From: Phaeosaccion multiseriatum
Lineage: Eukaryota; Protista; Ochrophyta, other classes
Reading direction: 5' to 3'
Assembly (NCBI GenBank): GCA_965112735.1
Contig: OZ218958.1
Coordinates: forward strand, 2,294,001 to 2,358,000
DNA length: 64,000 bases
Shown here in pieces: positions 32,849-43,900 of the stretch (position 1 is its first letter; every line of letters starts with the position of its first letter). The notes beneath the pieces are model-generated. The model saw only the letters and a list, made by a program, of their open reading frames with translations. It did not search any database and was not told the origin of the DNA. A program made the translations under genes and the position numbers.

Positions 32849-34933
32849 ATGAGTGCGAAGCGGGAGAGGATTGCTGGGAAGGTGCAGGGGTGGTACGACA
32901 AGAGAGCTGAGCTGGAGGCTTCGGGCTGGGGAAGCAGCAAGGAGGACCTCCTTCTCTTGCTCAAGGCCCTTCTCTGCACAGTTGATATCAAGCAGCTCAA
33001 GCGGAAGGGGTATGGTCCGCTGCACTACCTCGCCGATGCTGAGAAGAGGAAGGAGACACGCTGCTCGGAGGTGAAGGGACCGAGAATGCTGGAGGATGTG
33101 AAGCTGCTGGAGGAGTGCGGACTAAGCGTTGACACCAGGCGAGATGGGGGTTCCTGGACGGCTCTGCACCAAGCTGCATGGAGGGGGCACTTTGACTTGG
33201 TGAAGGGGCTAGTGGAGGCAGGTGGGGATGTCAACATCAAGGATCATGCTGGAGCGACACCTCTAGGCCTTGCTGCTGAAGCCGGCCACCCCATGATAAT
33301 GTGGTACTTGCTTAAGCATGGAGCCAAATGGGAGGGGACCTATGCCTTGCACAGTGCGGCTTGGAATGGGAGCCCTTCGAGTGTGAAGATGTTGCTGAAG
33401 GCGGGGGCCAATGTATTCGAGAAGGATCAGGATAGTTATACGGCTGCCCAGAGTTGCTGTGTGGGGCAGGAGGAGCAGGGCTCAAAAGCAGGGCGTGCCG
33501 AGGCTCTGTCTATCTTGCTCAAGAAGGGCGCAGATGTGAAGGTGAAGAACGACAATGGCGGCACTCTCCTGCACCTCGCCGCGCGTTTCGGAAACGAGCA
33601 GTGCATCCCCATTCTTGTGGACAGAGGTCTGCAGGTCGATGCAACGCGCAACGATTCGGTCACGCCGCTCCACATGGCCTCTTTTTGTGGACATCTGGGA
33701 TGTGTGAAGGAGCTCATTCGCCGCGGTACCCCCCTTGACGCTGTTGATCCAAGTGGTAGAACTTCCCTCATGTGTGCTGCCGTCAAAGGCCACGTGAAGG
33801 TTGTGAGCGAGCTGATACGCGCCGATGCCTCTGTCGATGTCAAGGACAAGTACTCAATCACCGCACTGCATGTCGCGGCCGCCCTGGGCAGCATCAAGAT
33901 GGCCTACCTCCTGGTGGAGGGTGGGGCGGCGGTCGATGCCCTCACCGATGATGGTGAAAGTCCTTTGGTGTCGTGCATGCGCCCTGGAGAAGGGAAGATA
34001 GCTCGGACGTTGAAGAGTGTTGGAACATCACCAGGAGAGAAGGAGTCGCGCGAGAAGGTGGCTCGATTCCTGCTGAAGATGGGCGCTACCGTTGACGAGA
34101 AGGTGATGAAAGCGGCAGGGGAGGCAGGCTTCAGTGGTGTCATAACCTCTTTCATTAGGACAGCACGGGAGGGGTGCAACGCTCTCACAGACAGACTTCA
34201 CACCGTTGCGGAGCACTACTCGTCCATGATGGCTGGTGCTGAGGATGAGAAGGCTGACAGCACAGTGCGGGTTAGGCTGGTGAATACGCGCAGTGGAGAG
34301 AAGGGCGAGAAGCAGTGTGTCTTGAGCATCCCTCTGATGGAGCGGCTGGCGGGGAGGGTCAGTGGGAGAGAGGAGGAATGAGTGAAGATCTCCCCAGGCC
34401 AAGCTTCAGCGGCAGGCGTTCTTCCGAATATGCTTGACCCGAGGAAGCACGGCTACAAGGGGGATGATGAAGATGATGAAGATGATGATGGGGAGGAGAA
34501 GGGGGCAGGAAAGGGCAGGAAAGAGATTAAGTATGTAGAGCTGAAGTATGATGGCGTGGACTTCACGGAGGAGGGCTTTGAGGCTGTGGTGGAGTTCGTG
34601 ACGACGGGCAGTGTGGAGGAGCTGCTGGCGAGAAGACCCGGAGGGGGGGGCACAGAAGGGGGCGCCAGCAGCAACAGCAGCAGTTGGCGAGGAGACGGGG
34701 GGAAAGCTGAAGGTATTGGCAGGGGAGGGAAGAAGAGGAAGCGTGTGAAGCTGTTCGATGACGTTCGAGCCAAGCAGGCTCTGTAGGCCGCGGAGTTCTT
34801 CTGCTTGGAGGACATGTCGAGGGAGGTGAAGACTCTGATGGGAGAGTACGGCTTCGAGCTAGAGCAGAACGAGACCGAGAGAGAGGAGGAAGAAGAAGGG
34901 CCATCGCGAAAGAGAAGCAGAGCTGACCCCTGA
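32849..34933 (+). pseudogene. Intronless ankyrin-repeat + C-terminal BTB/POZ-like protein with two in-frame stops (or a truncated 510-aa ankyrin protein)
   Basis: About 9-10 ankyrin repeats (TALHQAAWRGH, TPLGLAAEAGH, TLLHLAARFGN, TPLHMASFCGH, TSLMCAAVKGH, TALHVAAALGS). The frame continues past TGA 34379-34381 and TAG 34784-34786 to TGA 34931-34933. The paralog has CAG at the TAG position. Confidence 0.8.
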
Positions 34934-35711
34934 GCATCACCAACCCAAGATTTCCGCGGCTCGCCCCGGTGGTGGGAGCGAAGAGGTAGAGAGAGCATCA
35001 GAGGGATGCGAGGATGGAGACGAGAGATGCGTGGGAAGCGTGCGAGGATCGAGCCGGCCTGTGGTGTGTGCCATGTACCCGTGACGTGAGCGAGGCATTA
35101 GGAGGGCCGTGGTGAGCGGAGGAGCAGCAGCAGCAGTAGTAACTTTTGTCACGCCTAGTCTGAAGAAGCGCGAGAGGAGGTGTACTCTTTATTGGGTACT
35201 CTTTATTGGGTCCCTGGAGGGCAGAGTTGGGGACGGAGGAAGAGGGGATGGGGGTGGTGGTGGTGGTGGTGGTGGTGGTGGTGGAGGAGGAGGAGGAGGA
35301 GGAGGAGGAGGGGGAGGAGGAGGAGGAGGAGGAGGAGGAGGAGGAGGAGGAGGAAATAATGATGAGCAGCAATTTCCTGCTGTGTGTGTATGTGTGTATG
35401 TATGTATGTATGTATACGTATGTATGTACATATGTATGTATGCATGTGTGCGCATGAATGAAAGTCGCCATGTTCTACTTCTACCCTTCTCCTAGCGCCA
35501 TGCTCGGCTTGGCTCCGATACCATCTGCTGCCATCTGGATGGAGGACACACACACACGACCAAAGCACACCAACATCCTCCAGCCTCCGTCGCAACGCCC
35601 CCCCTCTTTTCCTGTCCTCTCTCTCTGTCTCCCCCCATGTGCCTCCATCCACCCCCTCTTGTCTCTCGTCCCTTGCAGCTCGAGCTGCACTCCGAGAGTA
35701 AGGTTGGAATT

Positions 35712-35812
35712 CCCCTGCTCCTGTGCCACTGCTGGCCCTCCTGACCACAAGCAGGGAGAGACGGGGGGGCATCCCCTGCTCCTGTGCCACTGCTGGCCCT
35801 CCTGACCACAAG
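35712..35812. repeat. Local direct duplication of a ~40-bp core CCCCTGCTCCTGTGCCACTGCTGGCCCTCCTGACCACAAG
   Basis: Two copies about 61 bp apart. Confidence 0.85.
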
Positions 35813-36060
35813 TAGGAGAAGAGGGGGGGGCTCTCCTCTCTCCCTGCTTGGCTTGAGAAGGAAGGAGGTTTTGGCTCCATCCAGTGCCATTCAGTGCCAT
35901 CCAGTGCCATCCAGTGCAGCTCTTTTTGTGCTGTGCTTTGCTGCGCTGCGCTGTGCCAGACGCTGCTCCAGGTGATGGGAAATGCCCCATCTCTTCTCTT
36001 CTTGCGAGAAGGCCACCGGTGCTGCTGCTGCTGCTGCTACTGTTTGAGGGAGTATTCGGC

Positions 36061-36326
36061 CAGGTTCGGCCCTGGAAGAGGTTATCAGATTACTGATTAC
36101 TGCCGGCGCCAGCCGGCCTGATTACTGATTAAGGCGCCAGCCGGGCCTGCTTACTGATTATGCCCGGCGTCAGCCGGGTCTGATTACTGATTATGACCGG
36201 CGCCAGCCGGCCTGATTACTGATTATGACGGGCGCTAGCCGGCCTGATTACTGATTATTGGCGCCAGCCGGCCTGATTACTGATTATGACCGGCGCACAC
36301 TGTAACCTCTTCCAGGGCCGAGCCAG
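36061..36326. mobile_element. ~265-bp MITE-like element with TIRs enclosing about seven 29-33-bp tandem repeats
   Basis: Perfect 19-bp [21 protein letters not shown] (36066-36084 / 36303-36321); internal unit GATTACTGATTATGACCGGCGCCAGCCGGCCT. Confidence 0.8.
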
Positions 36327-36835
36327 GTGGCAGCACTCGCCATTTGCAAAACCTCACCAACGCGCCCAGCACCTCCACACACACACACAAACATCCGTAC
36401 TTTCTTGGGGGCCTTTTGGAAGGTCCCTTGCCAGAGACGAGGAAAGGAGGATGTAAGGAGGATGCGCAAAGAAGGCAGTAACGTTCGTTAAAGTAGACTT
36501 GTATCTATCTGTAGTGCTTATGTAACCTGCCGGAGGAGACAAGACTCCTCGCAGACGGGTACTCTATCTCTATTTCCTCTATCCATTTTCTCCCATATGC
36601 CACTGGGCTCTCTCTCTCTCTGTCTCTCTCTATAGGCTCTATACACGTTCGCCCAGACTGCGTCAGCAACGTCGTGTGAAGGCAAAGCTGCCTTGTCTCT
36701 AAGTTGGGAGGACAATGTAGCGCCACCCCCCCCTCCCTCGGTATACATGTACATGCTTTTGTTTCCAAAGAGGATCAAAATCTCACTCTTCAGAGGACAG
36801 TCAGTGCTCAGTCCTAACGAACGCTACGCAGTCTC

Positions 36836-36970
36836 AGCCGACTCCTCCAAAGCGATGTAATTCTCCATGCGAGTGTAAGGTTATTGAGCCGAGCTGTACT
36901 AAGCCGACTCCTCCAAAGCGATGTAATTCTCCATGCGAGTGTAAGGCTATTGAGCCGAGCTGTACTAAGC
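36836..36970. repeat. 66-bp tandem duplication in the FKBP 3' flank
   Basis: AGCCGACTCCTCCAAAGCGATG...GAGCTGTACTA twice, with one mismatch. Confidence 0.9.
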
Positions 36971-37020
36971 TAAGCGTGCCGACTGCTTCCTCCTTCCCTC
37001 CCTCCCTCCCTCCGCCCCCC

Positions 37021-38208
37021 TTAAAAGAAGCTCTGCCCAGGCAGGGTGATGTTAACATTGGTGCCGCTTTTCTTAACGGAGAGCAGCTGCACATCGAACA
37101 CCACTGAGGAGTCTGGGGGGACGAGGGGGCCACGGCCTGCCTTGCCGTAGGCCTGGCTAGGGGGTAGGTTGATCTTGCGGCGCCCACCAACCTTCCGAGG
37201 GGGTGGGGGGTGGGGGGGGAGACTGCGGGGTTAGATACACACGGTCCATGATTAAAGCCGCCGCTGCCCCTCAGATGTAGGGAGAGAGAGGGGAGAGAGG
37301 GGGGGGGAGGAGAGAGACATGCACACACAGAGAGAGACAAGAGAGACGGAGAGAGAGACACATACGCACACATACACAGAGAGAGAAGAGAGGCGAGCGA
37401 GAAGAACAAATAGCTCAGCTTAGGGCTCTGCTGCAGACGACACACGTGCTCACCTTCATCCCTTCCATAGCGACCTGGAGCGCCTTGGGAATAGACCCCG
37501 GCCCGGCCTCTGCCCCAAAGTCGAAGCCCAAGGGCCTGGCTGCAAGGCCGCTTGACTCCCTGCTGGACTCCACCTCCAAGCCTGAGAAGAACAGACCGGG
37601 GCAATTGGACAGAGCCCCACGTCGAGGAATGAGAGGAAAGGAGGGGCAGAGGCAGCGATAATTTTTTGTAAAAATTAAAAGGAGGAGTGTGTGGCAGAAC
37701 AAAAAACGCTCAATTGTTCGTCGCGTCTCTTCTTACCACTGCAGAATAGGCTGTAATGGATGGCCACTCTGTCCCCACTAGAGGGGGAGACACCATCGCC
37801 CACAGTTATGTCCTGCCAAGTTCCACCTCCTTCAATCGGAATAAGGGGAGCGTTCTTCACTCTCTTCGGCTTGGCGCCGGCTGGCTCTGCCCTCAACACC
37901 CCTCGCCCTCCTTCAGTACCCAGGGCAGCAGCCCCCACCACAGCACCCACAGACAGCGTGCTCAGCTTCGAAAGCAGTCTGGCGCGCGTAAGCTGCGCCG
38001 GGGGCGCGTCCACGTCCCCATCTGCATCTCCTTTCTTTCTTGCATCAAGCTGGCCGCCGTGTGCAATCCTGTCTCCGCTTCTCCCGCTGCCGCTGCTGCT
38101 TGTTCGGCTCCGTCCAACCCTTCCGCTGCTACTGCTGGTCACAACGATAAACGCAGAAGTTGTTGTACAGAGGAGGAGGAGAAGGGGAAGAGAGAGAGGA
38201 AGATACAT
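37021..38208 (-). CDS. FKBP-type peptidyl-prolyl isomerase, probably plastid/thylakoid lumen
   Basis: Exons 38208-37737, 37581-37454, 37191-37021. Motifs DITVGDG..P..GDRVAIHY, EGMKVGGRRKINLPPSQAYG, VPPDSSVVFDVQLL. Presequence TSA-FIV, Ser/Arg-rich transit region, second hydrophobic segment ending AGA. Confidence 0.92.
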
Positions 38209-38476
38209 TGCTCCTGGAAGTGGAAAGACGAATCCCCGATGGATCTCATAGCTGAAACTGCAATTCACTTTTCCGACAAATGGCGATGACGCCAAAAGAT
38301 TCGGATCGATCTATAGACGATACGAGGGCGTATATCACAACCCCCGCCGTATCAGCAACAGACAGGACCTTCTTTCTACAGCGAGCTGCAGTAGCGAAGG
38401 GAAGAACGAGATTCCGGAGTCGTTGAAGGATTTTTAATCCTCGACCTATTGAAGGAATTTCAAGTACAGGTCCGAG
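38209..38476. promoter_or_regulatory. Probable bidirectional promoter (FKBP / M1PDH)
   Basis: Divergent ATGs 268 bp apart; both products carry plastid-type presequences. Confidence 0.5.
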
Positions 38477-40806
38477 ATGAAGAGGAGCCGCTTCGCGCAG
38501 GCGTTTGCGCTCGCCACTGTGCTGCTCAGTAGCAGTAGGACATGTCAAAGAGTGAAGGCGTTCACCCCTGCCAGCGGAGGGGTGCGAGTAGCAGCTGTAG
38601 GAAAAGAAGGTGCGAAAGCACAAAGGTCGCGGCGTAGTATCAGCAGCTGCAATAGTATCAGCAGGAGCAGCAGAAGTAGTGGTCTTGAGCTCTGTGCGGC
38701 GGGGAGTGGCGCGAAGGAGGACTTCGTACCAGACGCACCTGCGCTGGGTGACGACACGCCGGTAAGACGAGGTCATGTCATTTTTAATGTCTTGTCATGG
38801 ACTTCCTCGATCTCTCCTTTCTTCCACCCACAAGAGCTTTGGTACATGCTTTGGCTGAGAGATATCGCAACAACGAGGGCCTCCTTCGCTAAGAAATCTC
38901 CTGTTACGATAACCCCCCGCCCCCCCTCCTTCCCCTTCCGACTGCTGTATCACCATCTGCTCCACACACAAGCCGTTCCACGTGCACTTCGGTGCGGGGC
39001 GGCTCGGCCTGGGCTTGATCTTGAAGGCAATCGTGGACTCCAAAGTGCCCTGCGCCATCGTACAGAGACCCAAGACGACATGGTGGGTAGCGAGGGACGG
39101 AGGGATGGTAGCGGACGGTAGGTAGGTAGGGAGGGAGGGAGGGAAGGACGGGCGGCGCTAGATAAGGGGGGGGGGACGAAGGGAGGCAGAGAGGCAGGGA
39201 GAGAGGGAGGTTGTGGGTAGGGCAAAGGCAAAGGCGCCGACATGGATCGGCGGCATCCTTCACCTCCCCCCTTTCCCCCTGGGCCTGGCCGCTTGCGTGC
39301 GGTACACCATGCCTTGCCTGCATGGTGTCACGCCTCTGGCACCCTGTGGCGATGGCACCCTGTGGCGATGGCACTCTGTTACGATGGCACCCTGTGGCGA
39401 TGGATCCAAGCTAAGCAGAACCCCTCTCCCCCGTTCGAGAGGGAGAGAGAGAGAGAGAGGAGATGGAGCGTGATAGCACGTGGGTCGATCGATGGCTCCT
39501 CCTCCCCTCCCGCATAGCTTCACCGACTCCACTGACTCTGACTGACCTCCCTCCTGCCATTACCGGACGACCGCCGTTCTTTCGTGTGTTCGCTCCTTGC
39601 TCCTCTTGCTCCTCTTGCTCCTCTTGCTCCTCTTGCTCCTCTTGCTCCTCTTGCTCTGTGCTCTGTGCTCCTGTCTGTTGCCTCTTGCCCCCTGTCTCTT
39701 CTGGTCTGGTGGATGGGCTGTGCTGCGGGCGTGGAGCAGGAGGGCAGTCACGAGTCAGGGCTGCGGCGCCGAGATTGATCTACAGGTTAACGGAGAGGTA
39801 GTGGCCGACAACGTTGTAGTCATTAGGTGAGGCACTGAGGCAAAACACTTTGTAGGGTTAACGGAAAGGTGGTGGCCGACAAGGTTATAGTCATTAGGTG
39901 GTGTGGATTAACGGAGAGGTAGTGGCCGACAACGTTGTAGTCATTAGGTGAGGCACTGAGGCAAAGCACTTTGTAGGGTTAACGGAATGGTGGTGGCCGA
40001 CAAGGTTATAGTCATTAGGTGAGGTTAACGGAGAGGTGGTGGCCGACAACGTTGTAGTCATTAGGTGAGGCACTGAGGCAAAACACTTTGTAGGCACGGC
40101 ACGGCGAGAGAGGGAGAGAGAGACAGAGAGCGAGAGGGAAAGCGAGAGAGAGGGAGAGATGGAGAGGGAAAGCGAGAGAGAGGGAGATGGAGAGGGAGAG
40201 CGAGAGAGAGAGAGAGAGAGGTAGAGAGAGAGAGAGGTAGAGCGAGAGAGAGGGAGAGAAGAGAGAGAGGTAGAGAAGAGAGAGGGAGAGAGGGAAGCCT
40301 CCTCCGCTGCTCACCCCATCCACTACCATCCTCTCCCCATCCACTTCCATCCTCTCCCCATCCACTTCCATCCTCTCCCCATCCACTGCCATCCTCTCCC
40401 CATCCACTACCATCCTCTCCCCATCCACTACCATCCTCTCCCCATCCACTGCCATCCTCTCCCCATCCACTACCATCCTCTCCCCATCCACTACCATCCT
40501 CTCCCCATCCACTACCATCCTCTCCCCATCCACTACCATCCTCTCCCCATCCACTGCCATCCTCTCCCCATCCGCTGCCGTCCCCCCTCTCTCTCAGCGA
40601 GGACTGTGACGTGAATGAATTCCTGCAGATGGAGCAAGGTAATGACGACCACACAGACATCCTCCTCGCCGTCGTCAACGAAAGGTGAGTGCGTGAGTGC
40701 GTGCGTGCGTGCGGCGGGGCAGGGCAGGGCAGGGCAGGGCAGGGCAGGACTGGACGGGATGGGGTGTGGCGAAGGACCCAATCACCCAATCACCCACCCA
40801 CCTAAG

Positions 40807-40869
<63 letters not shown>

Positions 40870-40897
40870 TCTTTCTCTATCTCTGTCTCTGTCTCTC

Positions 40898-40930
<33 letters not shown>

Positions 40931-43900
40931 TTTCTCTCCCTCCCTCCCTCCTTCCCTGCCGCAGAGACACTTTGCTGCAACTCGTGCGCAAGGCCACGTC
41001 CTTCAGCAGCTCACTCGGCCCCGCCATGAAGAAGGTCATGGTGCCGCTGTTCCAGGAGCTGCCGACACGGTGAGGGAGGGGGCAGAGGGGCAGGGGATGG
41101 CAATGGATGGGGTAAGGGACCAGACTTCTGCCCACCTCACTCCCCCCCGCCCTCCCCTCTTCTCCCGTCCTGTCCCCTCCTCTTATCCACCTCACCTCTC
41201 TCACACATCATGGCACCTCTCGTCTCTGTCTAGGTCCTTTCGCCTGTCCTCTCTCCTGTCCTCTGTCCTCTCTCCTATCCTCTGTCCTCTCGCCTGTCCT
41301 CTCTCCTGTCCTCTGTCCTCTCTCCTATCCTCTGTCCTCTCGCCTGTCCTCTCTCCTGTCCTCTGTCCTCTCTCCTATCCTCTGTCCTCTCGCCTGTCCT
41401 CTCTCCTGTCCTCTGTCCTCTCTCCTATCCTCTGTCCTCTCGCCTGTCCTCTCGCCTGTCCTCTCTCCTGTCCTCTGTCCTCTGTCCGCTCTCCTCTCAC
41501 CACGGCACCTCTACCCTCTGCCCTGTTCCCTCTTCCCTCTTCCCTCTGTCCTTTGTGCATACACCAGGCCTGACGGTGGAAGGCCGGTGTTGTACGCGTG
41601 TGAGAATGATCACGATGCCGCAAGGAGGATCGGGGACCTCGTCAAAGACAGGGTAGAGACCATTCCTTGTGAGTGTCAGGACTGAGAGACAGACAGGTGT
41701 CAGGACAGAGAGACGCAGAGACAGACAGGTGTCAGGACAGACAGAGAGATGGAGAGAGAAGAAGAGAGAGACACTCAGAGAGAGAAGAGAAAAGAAAGTG
41801 TCAGGACAGACAGAGAGAGAGAGCTCGTCATGGAGAGGAGGGTGGCCATCCCCTGTGGGTGAGGAAGATGGATGGCAGTGGATGGATCACGCAGATGGAT
41901 GGCAGTGGATGGCAGTGGATGGATCATACAGATTGATGGCAGTGGATGGATCATACAGATGGATGGCAGTGGATGGATCATACAGGTGGATGGCAGTGGA
42001 TGGATCATACAGATTGATGGCAGTGGATGGATCATACAGATGGATGGCAGTGGATAGGTCATGCAGATGGATGGCAGATGGCAGTGGATGGATCATACAG
42101 ATGGATGGCAGTGGATAGGTCATGCAGATGGATGGCAGATGGCAGTGGATGGATCATACAGATGGATGGCAGTGGATAGGTCATGCAGATGGATGGCAGT
42201 GGATGGATCATACATATGGATGGCAGTGGATGGATGATGCCATGCAGAGATTGCACGCTGTGCCCCCCATCCTGACACCATGCACGAGTCGCGCCCCTCC
42301 CCCTCCTTGTCCTCTACAGATGGATGGCAGTGGATGGATCATACAGATGGATGGCAGTGGATGGATGACACCATGCACGAGTCGCGCCCCTCCCCCTCCT
42401 TGTCCTCTCTGACGCTTGCCCATCCGCTGCCATCTACTGCCATCCCCCCTCCCTTCTCTACCAGGCATGGTGGACCGCATCTGCACGGCGCGCACTATCG
42501 AACCCGAGTTCGTTGACGTATCCACAGAGCCAAAATTTGAGGTAAAGGGACCAGGGACTAGTTAGCACTGACTTACTAGGGATAGTCACTGACTTACTAG
42601 GGACTAGTCACTGACTTGCTGTGTTTCCCTGGGGGTGGTGTCGAGTTTACTGACTAAGTATACTTTCCCTCCTCCTGAGATATTGACCCTTCCACTTCCT
42701 TCCTTCCTTCCTTCCTTCCTTCCTTCCTCCTTTCCTTCCATGCCCTCCTTTCTTCCTTCCCAAGGGGGCAATCGTTGCCATGGGGGTACCACCGCAACAG
42801 GAGTTTGTGCCCTTGGCAGGAGAGGGTGTCGTGATACCCAAGAGCGTGGAGGAGGCCAAGTATCTCTACAAGAGGAAGGTCTCCATCATCAACGGCATGG
42901 TAAGGGGAGCGGGGGAGGGGGGGATGCCAGAGGAGGTGGGGTGAGGGTAGGGGGGGGTAGGGAGGGGCAGAAGGAAGGACATGTGGAAACAGATGGGGCG
43001 GAGGCGTTGGGATGCGCCCTTATACGCAAAACTTGGAGGCCTTTTCCCGTCCTCTGAAGTGCACTCAAGCGAACCCGCCCCCCCCCCCCCCTCCCCCTCT
43101 CCCTTCCCGTCCCCTCCCCTCTCCCTTCCCCTCCCCTTCTCCTCCTCCCCTCTCCCTTCCCCTTCCCCTCCCTCCCCTCCCCTCCCCTCCCCTCCCCTCC
43201 CCTCCCCTCCCCTCCCCTCCCCTCCCCTCCCCTCCCCTCCCCTCCCCTCCCCTCCCCTCCCCTCCCCTCCCCTCCCCTCCCCCTCCTCCCCCTTCCCCTT
43301 CCCTCCTCCTCCCCTCCACAGCACACTGTACATGCCTTTATGACACTCCGCAAGGAAGACGCTCAAATGTTCGACAATGCCGACTACGACCTCCTCACCT
43401 ACGCCACGGCCTCTCCTGTGGAGAAGATGGAGCTGTGGGCATGGGCAGTGGCGAGGTCCACAGAGCTCATCTCCGGTACGTGGGTGTGTGCGTGGGTGTG
43501 TGCGTGGGTGTGTGCGTGGGTGTGTGCGTGGGTGTGTGCGTGGGTGTGTGCGTGGGTGTGTGCGTGGGTGTGTGCGTGGGTGTGTGCGTGGGTGTGTGCG
43601 TGGGTGTGTGCGTGGGTGTGGGCGTGGGTGTGTGCGTGGGTGTGTGGGTGCGTGTGTTTGTGTGTGTTTGTGTGTGTGTGTGGGTTGGGGGGGGGGTGGG
43701 TGGAAGGATGGGAGGCGAAGGGGAAGGATGGGGACTCTCAACCACTCACTTTTGCACTCTTCCTCCTCCTCCTCATCCTCCTCCTCCCTTCGTCCCTCTC
43801 TTCCTCTCTCCCTCCCTCCCTCCCTCCCCTCCCCTCGCCCCTCTCTTGTCCTTCTCTGCTCTATCCTTTGCATGTCCCGCCCTGTGCTATATGTGGGGGT

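Noticed and set aside
34379-34786. Stop-codon reassignment or programmed readthrough
   Set aside because: Other genes here end normally in TGA, TAG or TAA, the two stops differ, and the paralog shows CAG at one of them, so mutation is simpler.
31421-35116. Direct repeats as LTRs of a retroelement
   Set aside because: The repeats are BTB-coding sequence plus 3' flank; there are no TG..CA ends, PBS/PPT or gag/pol.
36088-36296. CRISPR-like ~32-bp repeats
   Set aside because: The units are contiguous with no unique spacers, no cas genes are present, the context is eukaryotic, and the array is enclosed by TIRs.
39786-40093. Interspaced repeat resembling a CRISPR array
   Set aside because: The repeat is a copy of the M1PDH exon end and the intervening stubs are themselves repeated.
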